This document shows, piece by piece, positions 30,134 to 39,487 of a stretch of DNA of 64,000 nucleotides. Numbering within the stretch: position 1 is the stretch's first letter; every line of letters starts with the position of its first letter. Under the pieces are notes generated by a model. It saw nothing but the letters and a program-made list of their open reading frames with translations. It was not told the DNA's origin and did no database searches. Position numbers and translations under genes: made by a program. The stretch is from contig JBAZNR010000001.1 in assembly GCA_041649175.1 (NCBI GenBank), forward strand, positions 71,461 to 135,460. The letters run 5' to 3'. The DNA is from Candidatus Omnitrophota bacterium. GTDB taxonomy: Bacteria > Omnitrophota > Gorgyraeia > Zapsychrales > JBAZNR01.

Positions 30134-31162
30134 TTAGATCTCTACCCTTCTTAGGAATTCCGCCGTCTTTTCCGGCGGAATTGAACAAATATAAAATCCG
30201 GTACCTTTTTCAAATCCGGCTACATGCGTTAAGCGAGGCATCACTTCAATGTGCCAATGATAATCTCCTTCAATGGTGTTCCACTCGGTGCTTTTTGATT
30301 TTCCTCGTCGAAACGGTGCTGAATGGATCACGTAATTGTAGGCCGGGTCATTTAATCCTATTTTTAATTTCTGTAAGACTTTTTTCATCATTTCGGCTAA
30401 ATCATATTCAAATCCAATGATCCCTTTGGAAAAATCACAACTATGTTTCTTGGGTAAGATCCATAGCTCGAACGGAAATCTGGCGGCAAAAGGCGAAATA
30501 GCCAAAAAATGGTCGGATTCTAAAACCACTCTGGCTTTAGACTCAAGTTCCTGCTTAATGAGATCGCAATAAACGCATCGTTCGTGGTAAGAGAAATACC
30601 GTCGAGCTCCGACCAATTCTTCTTTAACGCGCATCGGATTAACGGGAGTGGCGATGATCTGAGAACGCGTGTGGCGGATATTTCCTCCGCCGGCTGACCA
30701 TCCGTAATTTTTAAACGGCAGGACATATTTAAAACGCGGATCCTTTTCCAGATCGTTGATGCGCACAACATATGTTTCAAAAACAAGCTTGATCTGCGCG
30801 GCATCTAGATCAGCCATATTGGCAATGTGTTCGGGGGTTTCAATGATAACCTCATGTGCCCCGACATTATCCATCACATCATAAAGCCCATGGCCGCGGC
30901 GCTGAAGATTGCCTTCGATCTTTAAAGCCGGAGCTATGTTAGGGACAACACGGACTTTCCAGTGAGGACTGTTGGGCGCAAAATGGCTTCTGACCGCGTA
31001 AATCTCGGGGGGAGTTTTTGACTCTTTATGTTCGCAAAATGGGCATTCACCTTCATCGATGGTTTTATGATTAGAATCGATGAAGGTTCCCGGCCGACGG
31101 GCTCGTTCCGTGGAAACAATGATCCATCGTCCGATTATAGGGTCTTTGCGTAGTTCTGGCAT
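30134..31162 (-). CDS. GalT-family HIT protein (paralogue B, nucleophile motif altered)
   Basis: CPFCEH zinc motif; FKNYGWSAGGGNIRHTRSQ has only one His where HxH is expected. Directly abuts paralogue A. Confidence 0.75.
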   Translation of the reverse strand: MPELRKDPIIGRWIIVSTERARRPGTFIDSNHKTIDEGECPFCEHKESKTPPEIYAVRSHFAPNSPHWKVRVVPNIAPALKIEGNLQRRGHGLYDVMDNVGAHEVIIETPEHIANMADLDAAQIKLVFETYVVRINDLEKDPRFKYVLPFKNYGWSAGGGNIRHTRSQIIATPVNPMRVKEELVGARRYFSYHERCVYCDLIKQELESKARVVLESDHFLAISPFAARFPFELWILPKKHSCDFSKGIIGFEYDLAEMMKKVLQKLKIGLNDPAYNYVIHSAPFRRGKSKSTEWNTIEGDYHWHIEVMPRLTHVAGFEKGTGFYICSIPPEKTAEFLRRVEI

Positions 31163-31191
31163 AAATTTAGATGAAATGAATAATGTGATGG

Positions 31192-31219
31192 ATTATATCA
31201 CAAAGGGAGGGTGGTGCAA
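31192..31219 (-). promoter_or_regulatory. sigma70-type promoter upstream of the galT pair (TTGCAC-16 nt-TATAAT)
   Basis: The minus-strand read is gatTTGCACcaccctccctttgtgaTATAATccatcacattattcatttcatctaaatttATG. Confidence 0.4.
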
Positions 31220-31225
31220 ATCAAT

Positions 31226-32161
31226 TTATCCAAGTTTGAAGCCCTCTTTGATCCGCGACCCCATCAAAAAGCTTTGCGTACTCATCGGTTTTGCGGATTC
31301 AAGATGAACTTGGCGGACTAACAAAACCCCTTTTCCTGTCGCCACCGCAAAGTTTTCCTTTGCGATTGAGATAATTTTCCCGCAGTCAGCTTTTGAAAAA
31401 CTTCCCTCCCCGCAATCCGCCTCCAAAATCTTGAGGACTTTCCCGCTACAATGCGTAAATGCCGCCGGCCAAGGCAAAAGCCCGCGAACCAAACGATGAA
31501 TAGCCGCGGCATCCTTATTCCAATCAATCATCCCATGTTCTTTAGTTAATTTTGGCGCTAATGTCACTAATTTTTCATTTTGGGCAACACATTGATGAGC
31601 ATTATCCCTGATCTTTTCTATTATTTCACACAGAAGTTTAGAACCGAGAGAGACCATTTTAGCTCGAAGCGTTATGGATGTGTCTTTTGAGTCGATAGGA
31701 AGTTCTTTTTGCGCAATAATGTCACCGCCGTCCATTATTTCATTCATTTTTATAATGGAAATACCCGTTATCTCATCTCCGTTAACGATCGCCCAATTGA
31801 TAGGAGCCGCTCCGCGGTATTTAGGAAGAAGTGACCCGTGAACATTAACGCAGAATAATTTTGGCAGGACAAGAATTTCTCTAGGCAAGATCTTTCCATA
31901 AGCGACGACAACAAATAAGTCAGCTTCAAGATCTTTTAATTTCTTTTGAAAATGAATTTCCTTTAAATCGACAGGCTGGAGAACCGGAATATGATATTTT
32001 AAAGCGCATTCTTTCGTTGCCGGCGCCGCCACCTGAAGTCCTCTGCCCTTTGGTTTATCGGGCTGAGCAATGCAGGCAGCAACTTCATATCCGCGTTCGA
32101 CAAGCTCTTTTAAGTGAGCAACCGCAAAATCATCGCTTCCAAAAAAAATAATTCGCATCAA
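31226..32161 (-). CDS. fmt: methionyl-tRNA formyltransferase
   Basis: MMRIIFFGSDDFAVAHLKELV...NVHGSLLPKYRGAAPINWAIVNGD. Confidence 0.9.
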   Translation of the reverse strand: MMRIIFFGSDDFAVAHLKELVERGYEVAACIAQPDKPKGRGLQVAAPATKECALKYHIPVLQPVDLKEIHFQKKLKDLEADLFVVVAYGKILPREILVLPKLFCVNVHGSLLPKYRGAAPINWAIVNGDEITGISIIKMNEIMDGGDIIAQKELPIDSKDTSITLRAKMVSLGSKLLCEIIEKIRDNAHQCVAQNEKLVTLAPKLTKEHGMIDWNKDAAAIHRLVRGLLPWPAAFTHCSGKVLKILEADCGEGSFSKADCGKIISIAKENFAVATGKGVLLVRQVHLESAKPMSTQSFLMGSRIKEGFKLG

Positions 32162-32170
32162 TCATCACCT

Positions 32171-34024
32171 TTATGAATCTACATTAATACTGATATTAAC
32201 ATCTTTTTTTCGTTTAAATGATTTTAACGCTTTTTGAAGCACAAGCCGCATTTTTTTATGGGATTTTGATTTCAAAAGGATCGTAAACCGGTATTTGCCG
32301 CGCAACCTCGGAATAAAATCCGGTTGCGGATCCAAGATCTCAACTTGTTTTCCTTTATTGTGTTCATTCAACAACTCATGGAAAATTTGGATCTGTTCAC
32401 GGGCTATTTCTTCTTTAACCGCGCGCAACCCAACGGAAACAAAACAAAATAGCGGCGGAAACTTCAGTTCCTTACGAAATTTGATCTCTTCTTTGTAAAA
32501 TTTATCAAAATCTGACTTTAAAGCCGCCTGTAGGCAATAGTTATCCGGAACATGCGTTTGAACGATCAGCTTTTCTTTTGCCATGTGCCGAAAATCCATC
32601 AGCAAGGCAAATGTTTTTTGGCCAGAGCGAAAATCCGCACGGTTTAATTCCGCATCAAGCTGCATAATGCCGATCAAATCAACCGATAATGCGTCATGCA
32701 TTTTTAAAACCGCTTGAGTCGCGATAAGAATATCAAAATCTTGTGGAAATATCGCTGATTCCTTGTCAAAATGCGCCACCTTAGAGCCCGGAAAAAGACG
32801 GGCGATCTCGCTTTCCAACTTCTCAATTCCCATCCCGCTATAACGCAAATAAGAAGTATTACAGCTCGGACAAATGGTCGGCGCGGCGGCTGTAAACTGG
32901 CAATAACGGCAAATCATTTTCTTTTCTTCGAAAAGATAAGTTAAATGCGTATCGCACCTTCGGCATTTCATGGTATATCCACACTTGGTGCAACGGATAA
33001 GCGTGCTAAAACCTTTGCGATTCATAAAAAGAACGGTCTTGCCTTTTTTGCTTAAGATTTTCTCAATAGCCGCTCGCAGAGGAAAAGAGATCAGAGAAGT
33101 TTTTCGCGGATTAAACGCCGACATATCAACAACTTGTACCGGCGTCAAAGGTAAATTCTGAGCGGAAAGATCGACAAATCTTATCTTCTCTTTTGATGCT
33201 TGATAAAGCATTTCTACCGATGGGACCCGGCTTACGAAAAGAATATCCGCGTTCTCAATATCTGAGCGCATAAAAGCGATTTGGCTTACATGATAAAACG
33301 GCGATTGATCCTGCTTATAGGCCGCATTATTTTCATCCATAATGACAATAAGCCCTAAATTGACAACAGGAGCAAAAATGGTGGAACGCACACCAACGGC
33401 AACTTTAACTTTTCCTTCTTTGATCTTGGTCCACTTTTCCAGCTCTGCTTTGGGCGTTGAAGCGCGGTCTAAAACAACGATTTCTTCGGTCAAATTCTCT
33501 TTTAATACCCTCACCGCATCATCTAAAAGCCAATTTTCTGGAACGAGAAGAATAATGCCTTTTTTATTAAGTAATGTTTTTTGAATATTTTCCAAGACAA
33601 AGGCCCAGGTTTTGTTTTGATCCTGGCCGCGCAAAAGAATAATTTCTTTTTCTTTTGAAACAACCGGAGGATTTTCACCGCCGATCATTTCCGTCGGTTT
33701 AGGTTTTCGCAAAGCAACCGGAAGGCTTAATTCGATCGCTTCGCCCCAAGAACAAAAATAATATTCGGCCATCTGTTTTGCCAAAAGAAGGTGCGAAGGG
33801 CCCAGAAGTGGGGTTACATCCAGCAGAGAAAGGATTGGCTTTAAGAATTTAAATTTACTTTTTTGGGATAATCCGACAATGAATCCAACCCGCTTTGTCT
33901 TTCCGAAAGAAACGACAACACGTTTTCCGACGGAAATTCCCTGAGAAAGAGATTCGGGAATTGAATAGTCAAACGGGCCTTCCACCGGAAGGCCGACTGT
34001 AACCTGGGCTACCGCATACTTCAT
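32171..34024 (-). CDS. priA: primosomal protein N' homologue (PriA) with degenerate helicase motifs
   Basis: N-terminal 3'-DNA-binding domain; Cys4-Cys4 zinc region (CTKCG...CRRC...CRYC...CPSC). Walker A is replaced by LLRGQDQNKTW, DExH by IMDENNAAY, motif III by FVSRVPS, and the motif VI arginines are absent. Confidence 0.85.
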   Translation of the reverse strand: MKYAVAQVTVGLPVEGPFDYSIPESLSQGISVGKRVVVSFGKTKRVGFIVGLSQKSKFKFLKPILSLLDVTPLLGPSHLLLAKQMAEYYFCSWGEAIELSLPVALRKPKPTEMIGGENPPVVSKEKEIILLRGQDQNKTWAFVLENIQKTLLNKKGIILLVPENWLLDDAVRVLKENLTEEIVVLDRASTPKAELEKWTKIKEGKVKVAVGVRSTIFAPVVNLGLIVIMDENNAAYKQDQSPFYHVSQIAFMRSDIENADILFVSRVPSVEMLYQASKEKIRFVDLSAQNLPLTPVQVVDMSAFNPRKTSLISFPLRAAIEKILSKKGKTVLFMNRKGFSTLIRCTKCGYTMKCRRCDTHLTYLFEEKKMICRYCQFTAAAPTICPSCNTSYLRYSGMGIEKLESEIARLFPGSKVAHFDKESAIFPQDFDILIATQAVLKMHDALSVDLIGIMQLDAELNRADFRSGQKTFALLMDFRHMAKEKLIVQTHVPDNYCLQAALKSDFDKFYKEEIKFRKELKFPPLFCFVSVGLRAVKEEIAREQIQIFHELLNEHNKGKQVEILDPQPDFIPRLRGKYRFTILLKSKSHKKMRLVLQKALKSFKRKKDVNISINVDS

Positions 34025-35109
34025 ATGATGAGTTTAATAATATCGCTGGTCGCAAAGGGACGCGCCAGACTTTTGGTTCGCCCTTTCGCAGAGAGAAGAT
34101 ATTCCGGATTAGAGCTGAGTTTTTTTAATTCGGCGATAACATCCTTTAGCTGAGTACTGCTGCTGCCGATCCCATAACTGCGCAAGACCAAAACATTGTT
34201 CATTTCCTGCCCCGGAATAGGGCAAATTAAAATAAGAGGAAGTTTGCTAACTAACGCCTCGCAAATGGATAAGCCGCCGGGCTTTGTCACCATAACATCG
34301 GCAACTGCCATTAATTCATTCATATTATTGACCAGGCCGAATACTTTAACGCCCGGAAGATTTTTTTTGCTCAAGCGTTCAAATAATTCCTGATTTCGCC
34401 CGCATACCACAAGCACCTGGTAATCACAAAGCGCTTGCGCGATCTCTTCTAAGGGGCCCATCCCAAAAGAGCCCGTCGCTAATAAAACGGTAAAAACACC
34501 TTTTTTGATCTGTAGTTTATCTTTAAGTGCCTCGCGGTCAGGATGATTTGAGAATTTATCATCCGTCGGGATCCCCGTCACAAAGATCTTTTCTCGCTCA
34601 ACGCCTAATTCCAAAAGTTTGTTTTGAGTATATTCGCAGGCTACCGCGTACTTGTCAACTCCATCAGCTAACCAAATTCTGTGCGCGTCAAAATCCGTCA
34701 CCACGCAGATGATCTTTGATTTGATCAAGCCTTGTTTTTTTAAAGAGCTTGCAACTTCATGAGGGAAAAAATGAGTTGATACGATGTAATCAAATTGCTC
34801 CGCAATGAGAAAGCGGTTCAACTTCTTGGCATTGATCTCATTAAAGATCCGTCGTGACGCTCTTACAAAGGATTGCATGCACGGCAGGTCCGTTAACCAA
34901 AAAACAAATCCCCAGGCCCAAGGAAATTTGGTAACAAGAATAGTGTATGTTTTCTGATAAGAGTTCTTATAAAATTGGCTGGTATAATCCAAGGCATCGG
35001 CAAAAACAACTTGCGGACCACCGGGTGAGGCTTTAAGAAGATTGGCGACAGCTTCAGCAGCTTTAGTGTGCCCTGCTCCCGCAGCAGCATGAATGGCAAG
35101 TATTTTCAT
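34021..35109 (-). CDS. GT28-family glycosyltransferase (MGDG synthase/UgtP/MurG-like)
   Basis: MKILAIHAAAGAGHTKAAEAVANLL N-terminus plus a C-terminal GT-B domain. Confidence 0.65.
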   Translation of the reverse strand: MKILAIHAAAGAGHTKAAEAVANLLKASPGGPQVVFADALDYTSQFYKNSYQKTYTILVTKFPWAWGFVFWLTDLPCMQSFVRASRRIFNEINAKKLNRFLIAEQFDYIVSTHFFPHEVASSLKKQGLIKSKIICVVTDFDAHRIWLADGVDKYAVACEYTQNKLLELGVEREKIFVTGIPTDDKFSNHPDREALKDKLQIKKGVFTVLLATGSFGMGPLEEIAQALCDYQVLVVCGRNQELFERLSKKNLPGVKVFGLVNNMNELMAVADVMVTKPGGLSICEALVSKLPLILICPIPGQEMNNVLVLRSYGIGSSSTQLKDVIAELKKLSSNPEYLLSAKGRTKSLARPFATSDIIKLII

Positions 35110-35653
35110 TGAGAATAATCCTGGTTGCTTCCAAAAGGTTTTTAACCGTGTAATCGGGCTTGACGCCTAGTTTTTTCATTTCTCGTCGGTGGTCAATACC
35201 CGATAAAACAAGGATCGTTTTTAATCCCGCGTTGCGCCCGGCTTGCATATCAAAGTGAGCATCCCCGACAAAGAAACTTTTGTCGGCACTGCGGATATCC
35301 TTGTTGATCATTCCAAATGCACGTTTAATGGAGCCGATCTTGGGCTTACGGCAATCGCAATTTTGTTCGGAGGTATGCGTACAATAAAATATCTTTTTAA
35401 TTCGGCCGCCTGTTTTCTTAATTTCTTTAAGCATATGTGCGGTGATCTGATCAAGCTTAGCCTTTGTATAGACGCCACGGGCAACGCCGGCTTGATTAGA
35501 AACAATAAAGATCATATATCCGGCATCAGTTAAATCTTTGATAGCCTTTAAAGCCCCTGGAATAAAATGGAAATCCTTCACCTTCGTCACATATTTTCCA
35601 AGCCCGGGAAATTTATTAATAACGCCATCTCTATCTAAAAAAATGATTTTCAT
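35063..35653 (-). CDS. gmhB: D-glycero-D-manno-heptose 1,7-bisphosphate phosphatase (HAD-IIIA)
   Basis: MKIIFLDRDGVIN...SNQAGVARG...GDAHFDMQAG...CDCRKPK zinc site. Confidence 0.75.
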   Translation of the reverse strand: MKIIFLDRDGVINKFPGLGKYVTKVKDFHFIPGALKAIKDLTDAGYMIFIVSNQAGVARGVYTKAKLDQITAHMLKEIKKTGGRIKKIFYCTHTSEQNCDCRKPKIGSIKRAFGMINKDIRSADKSFFVGDAHFDMQAGRNAGLKTILVLSGIDHRREMKKLGVKPDYTVKNLLEATRIILNENTCHSCCCGSRAH

Positions 35654-35656
35654 CGC

Positions 35657-36418
35657 CTATTGTTTAATTCCCTTTTTGATTTCCCAATATTTCGCGTAGC
35701 TCATAATTTGATAAAGGGAAGCAAAAAACGCGATCATAAAACCAATAAAGCCGTCCTTGTATCCTTTTTTACCAAAGAAACTTCTGGGAAAACGGTCGAT
35801 GGTGCGCCAAACGGCTTTTCCTAAAGACATTTCGCGCCCTGTTTCAATCCATTTCTTCGCTTCCAAAGTTGTTTGCCGGTTTAAACTTGCCAGAAAATGT
35901 TCAAAATCAGGATAACCTTTATGAATAATATCTTTGGTCAAATGGCCTGTCTGTCCGTCCAGGAAAACTTTCGGATGGACACCAACTTCTTCATACTTGA
36001 ACCGGCTTTTCATAAAAAGCCGCAATTTTCCCGCCGGATACCAGCCGCCATGCTTCACCCAATAATTTCCGATGTAATTACGTAGAGGAATGGAAAACGC
36101 GTGAAACGTTGTTGCCGGTAAAATAGCCGAAATCTCACTCTTTAGCTCGCTGCTGGCAATTTCGTCGGCATCTAGGCTTAAAACCCATTCGTTTTTTGCT
36201 TGGAGATACGCCCAATTACGATGCGAGCCTTCATTATCCATTTTACGATGAAAGATTTTTCCGGCATAAGACTTGGCTAATTCAACCGTGCGGTCCTTAC
36301 TTTCATCGTCGACAACAATGATCTCATCCGCCCAGCCATAAACACTTCCTAGGCAGTCTTTGATATTATTTTCTTCGTTTTTCGTGATAACGACAACGGA
36401 TAGCGCGAGTTTACTCAT
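35657..36418 (-). CDS. GT2-family glycosyltransferase (WaaE/KdtX-like)
   Basis: LSVVVITKNEENNIKDCLGSV...IIVVDDESKD...SLDADE. Confidence 0.75.
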   Translation of the reverse strand: MSKLALSVVVITKNEENNIKDCLGSVYGWADEIIVVDDESKDRTVELAKSYAGKIFHRKMDNEGSHRNWAYLQAKNEWVLSLDADEIASSELKSEISAILPATTFHAFSIPLRNYIGNYWVKHGGWYPAGKLRLFMKSRFKYEEVGVHPKVFLDGQTGHLTKDIIHKGYPDFEHFLASLNRQTTLEAKKWIETGREMSLGKAVWRTIDRFPRSFFGKKGYKDGFIGFMIAFFASLYQIMSYAKYWEIKKGIKQ

Positions 36419-36426
36419 AGGTAAAA

Positions 36427-37539
36427 TTATTTTGCTTTCACAAGTTCTTTGATGGAGCTTGCAACCGCTTCGATCTGTTCTTTTTTCATATGTGGGAACA
36501 TCGGTAACGATAAAATTTCATCCGCCACTTGTTCGGATACGGGAAAATCACCTTTTTTATGTTTCAACTCTTGATAGGCTTCCTGTAAATGTAACGGGAT
36601 CGGATAATGGATAAGGACGCCAATTCCTTTTTTGCGCAGCTCATCATGAATTTGGTTACGGTTTTCCTTGATGCGGATAGCGAATGTTTGATAGACATGC
36701 GTACGCCCCTCTTTGGTAATTGGAGTCACAATGCCATCAACATCTTTAAGAAGTTTGCCGTAATATTCAGCGTGCTGGGCGCGCATTTTATTCCATTTAT
36801 CCAAGCGCTTCAATTTGGCGCTTAAAACAACCGCTTGAAGCGTATCAAGTCGGGAGTTATAACCTTTAATTTTGTGATTGTATCGCCCGACCCGTCCGTA
36901 ATCGCGCAACATCAGGCATTTTTCATAAAGGTCTTTATTGGCGGTGACGATCATCCCTCCATCGCCAAAAGCCCCTAAGCCTTTGGTCGGATAAAAACTA
37001 AAACAAGCGATATCCCCCAGAGAGCCTATTCTTTTGCCGTTATACGCCGCGCCGTGTGCCTGTGCCGCGTCTTCGATCACTTTAAGGTTGTGTTTTTTGG
37101 CAATCTGATTGATCTCATCCATATTGGCGGCTTGTCCATAAATATGGACCGGGATAATGGCTTTTGTTTTCTTAGTGATGGCTTTTTCGATCTTTTTAGG
37201 GTCAAGATTGTAAGTGTCTTTTTCAATGTCGACAAAAACAGGTGTGGCACCGGTGTAAGAAATGCACAGGGCTGTGGCGATAAATGTGAACGTCGGAATA
37301 ATAACTTCGTCGCCTACACCGATATCGAGAGAATCTACGGCTAAATATAAGGCATCCGTGCCGGAGTTAACACCAACGCCATATTTAGATTCACAAAACT
37401 TAGAGAATTCTACCTCAAACTCTTCTTCTTCTTTGCCTAGAACAAAATCTCCGTGCTTGAAAACTGTTTTAAATCCAACGTCGATCTCGTTTTTAATTTC
37501 TTCATATTGCTCGCTAAAATCAAGAAACGGAACCTTCAT
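36427..37539 (-). CDS. DegT/DnrJ/EryC1/StrS-family sugar aminotransferase
   Basis: VNSGTDALYLAVDSLDIGVGDEVIIPTFTFIATA...FSFYPTKGLGAFGDGG. Confidence 0.85.
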   Translation of the reverse strand: MKVPFLDFSEQYEEIKNEIDVGFKTVFKHGDFVLGKEEEEFEVEFSKFCESKYGVGVNSGTDALYLAVDSLDIGVGDEVIIPTFTFIATALCISYTGATPVFVDIEKDTYNLDPKKIEKAITKKTKAIIPVHIYGQAANMDEINQIAKKHNLKVIEDAAQAHGAAYNGKRIGSLGDIACFSFYPTKGLGAFGDGGMIVTANKDLYEKCLMLRDYGRVGRYNHKIKGYNSRLDTLQAVVLSAKLKRLDKWNKMRAQHAEYYGKLLKDVDGIVTPITKEGRTHVYQTFAIRIKENRNQIHDELRKKGIGVLIHYPIPLHLQEAYQELKHKKGDFPVSEQVADEILSLPMFPHMKKEQIEAVASSIKELVKAK

Positions 37540-38630
37540 AAAATGCTCTCCACCTTTCTTAAAACTTCATCAACGGTAATAAGATTTAAGCAGCTGTGAT
37601 GTTCGCAGCGTGCCATTCTAAACTGCCGGTAACATGGCCGACAAACTAAATCCTTTGTTACGATCTCATGGCCTTGCGCCGGATACGGCCCATAAACTTT
37701 TTCATCTACAGGTCCAAAAATAGAAACTGTTTTAGCCCTGACGGCAACGGCCACATGTAAAGGTCCGCCGTCGTTGGCAACAACTAAGGAGCTTCGCGCC
37801 AAAAGAGCCGCGCATTGAGTTATGGTTATTTCATTGCAAATTGCGGCTGGGGCATTTTTCATGGTTTGCGCGATATGATCGCACAAACTTTTTTCTTTTA
37901 AGTCACCCAACAGTATAACGGCCGCAGAAAATTTTTCAATCATTTTGTCGGCTAAAATAGCGAAGTTTTCTGATGTCCAGCGTTTAAAAGAAGCATCCTT
38001 GCCCCAGCTGGCCCCACCACCCGGGATAATCACGATCAAAGGTTTTTTAGGGCTTATGTTAGCTTTGCTAAGAAACTCCTCCGCCCATATTTTATCCGAA
38101 TCCGACAAAACAAGCTCGAATTCCTTATACGGCGTTGGAATTCCAAGCTCTTTAAGCAGATCTAAATAATATTCAGCGACGTGGCGGCCTTCATATCCAT
38201 TTCTTAAAAAAATTTTCCTTGTTAAAAACCAGCTTCGGTTACGATAGTTAAAACCAACCCGTTTTTTGATTCCGGCGGCCCACAATAAAAAAGAGGTCGA
38301 GTTATTAAACGACAAGTTGATGGCTAGATCAAAATTCTCTTTTTTGATCTCGCGCAAAAATGAGATCATTTTCTTCAAAAAAGCTATTTTTGATCGGCGA
38401 TACACAGCCTGAAATTCATCCCGCTCATAAATAAATAATTTATCAATTCTAGTATTCTCGCTTAATAGAGGTGCCGTCCTTTTATTGCACACATAACCGA
38501 CAAAAGAATCAGGATCGTGGCTCTTAATATTTTTTAGTAGTGGCGTAGTGAATAAAATATCGCCGATGCCAAAAATATTAATGATAAGGATTTTATTTTT
38601 TGAAGGATTGTTTTGCGCAGTTGCCATCAT
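37536..38630 (-). CDS. GT9-family ADP-heptose:LPS heptosyltransferase
   Basis: KILIINIFGIGDILFTTPLLKNIK...GGGASWGKDASFKRW...GPLHVAVAV. Confidence 0.8.
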   Translation of the reverse strand: MMATAQNNPSKNKILIINIFGIGDILFTTPLLKNIKSHDPDSFVGYVCNKRTAPLLSENTRIDKLFIYERDEFQAVYRRSKIAFLKKMISFLREIKKENFDLAINLSFNNSTSFLLWAAGIKKRVGFNYRNRSWFLTRKIFLRNGYEGRHVAEYYLDLLKELGIPTPYKEFELVLSDSDKIWAEEFLSKANISPKKPLIVIIPGGGASWGKDASFKRWTSENFAILADKMIEKFSAAVILLGDLKEKSLCDHIAQTMKNAPAAICNEITITQCAALLARSSLVVANDGGPLHVAVAVRAKTVSIFGPVDEKVYGPYPAQGHEIVTKDLVCRPCYRQFRMARCEHHSCLNLITVDEVLRKVESIL

Positions 38631-38635
38631 GGATT

Positions 38636-39478
38636 TTATATGATCTTTTCTTTCACACGGCGAAATGTTTTCGCCCGGACCTTAAGGATGCGAAACGGAT
38701 GCCACCAATATTTTCCTCGAATACTGTCAAGGTCTTTACGACTTAGCTCATGGCTTGAAACTCTTTTGTTCATAACACACGGATGTGATCCAAAGTAAAC
38801 CGGAAAGCGATTTAAATCGCCGTACGAGTAGCTCGCTTGGCGCTCTTGATCTGTCAATGAGGCAAAGCCGATCTGTTCGGCATTTTTCCGGCGCTGACTC
38901 ATGACTTCCTGCGGATGGACCCAGCCGTAATGATATAGTAATTTCCCTGTGTTGATCCTTCGCATAGGTGCGAGGTCTTTGCGCCGAAATCCATAGGCAT
39001 CATCGTAGGATTCCATCTGACGATTATTTTTAATGATCCTATCTTGTTTTTGGAACCATCCGCTATCAATGCGATAGCGATAATAGCTTCCATAAAAATG
39101 CATCCAGGCAAAGCGTAGCGCATCAACTTTCTCGCTATGCTGATATTTCTGCATGTATTTTCTTAAGGGCCCTAGATCTTTTTCATGGATCACTTCATCT
39201 GCTTGCAGATAAAAAGCCCAATCTCCTTTACATTCTTTCAAAGCTAAATTCGTTTCTGCGGATAAAACAGACTTACCTTGAGAAAAATCCCATTTGCGCT
39301 GGATGATCTTTATTTTGGGATCACGCAGCGATCTGATCATGCTTAGCGTCTCATCTTCCCCTTCTCCAACATTAACAATAAATTCATCACAGATCGGTAA
39401 AATCGATTTGATCGATTCAAGGGCTGGATAATTGAATTTGACGGCATTGCGGACAATGGTAAAGCCACTGACTTTCAT
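38636..39478 (-). CDS. putative GT-A-fold glycosyltransferase
   Basis: MKVSGFTIVRNAVKFNYPALESIKSILPICDEFIVNVG...YLQADEV (DxD-like). Weak assignment. Confidence 0.4.
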   Translation of the reverse strand: MKVSGFTIVRNAVKFNYPALESIKSILPICDEFIVNVGEGEDETLSMIRSLRDPKIKIIQRKWDFSQGKSVLSAETNLALKECKGDWAFYLQADEVIHEKDLGPLRKYMQKYQHSEKVDALRFAWMHFYGSYYRYRIDSGWFQKQDRIIKNNRQMESYDDAYGFRRKDLAPMRRINTGKLLYHYGWVHPQEVMSQRRKNAEQIGFASLTDQERQASYSYGDLNRFPVYFGSHPCVMNKRVSSHELSRKDLDSIRGKYWWHPFRILKVRAKTFRRVKEKII

Positions 39479-39487
39479 TAAATTACG

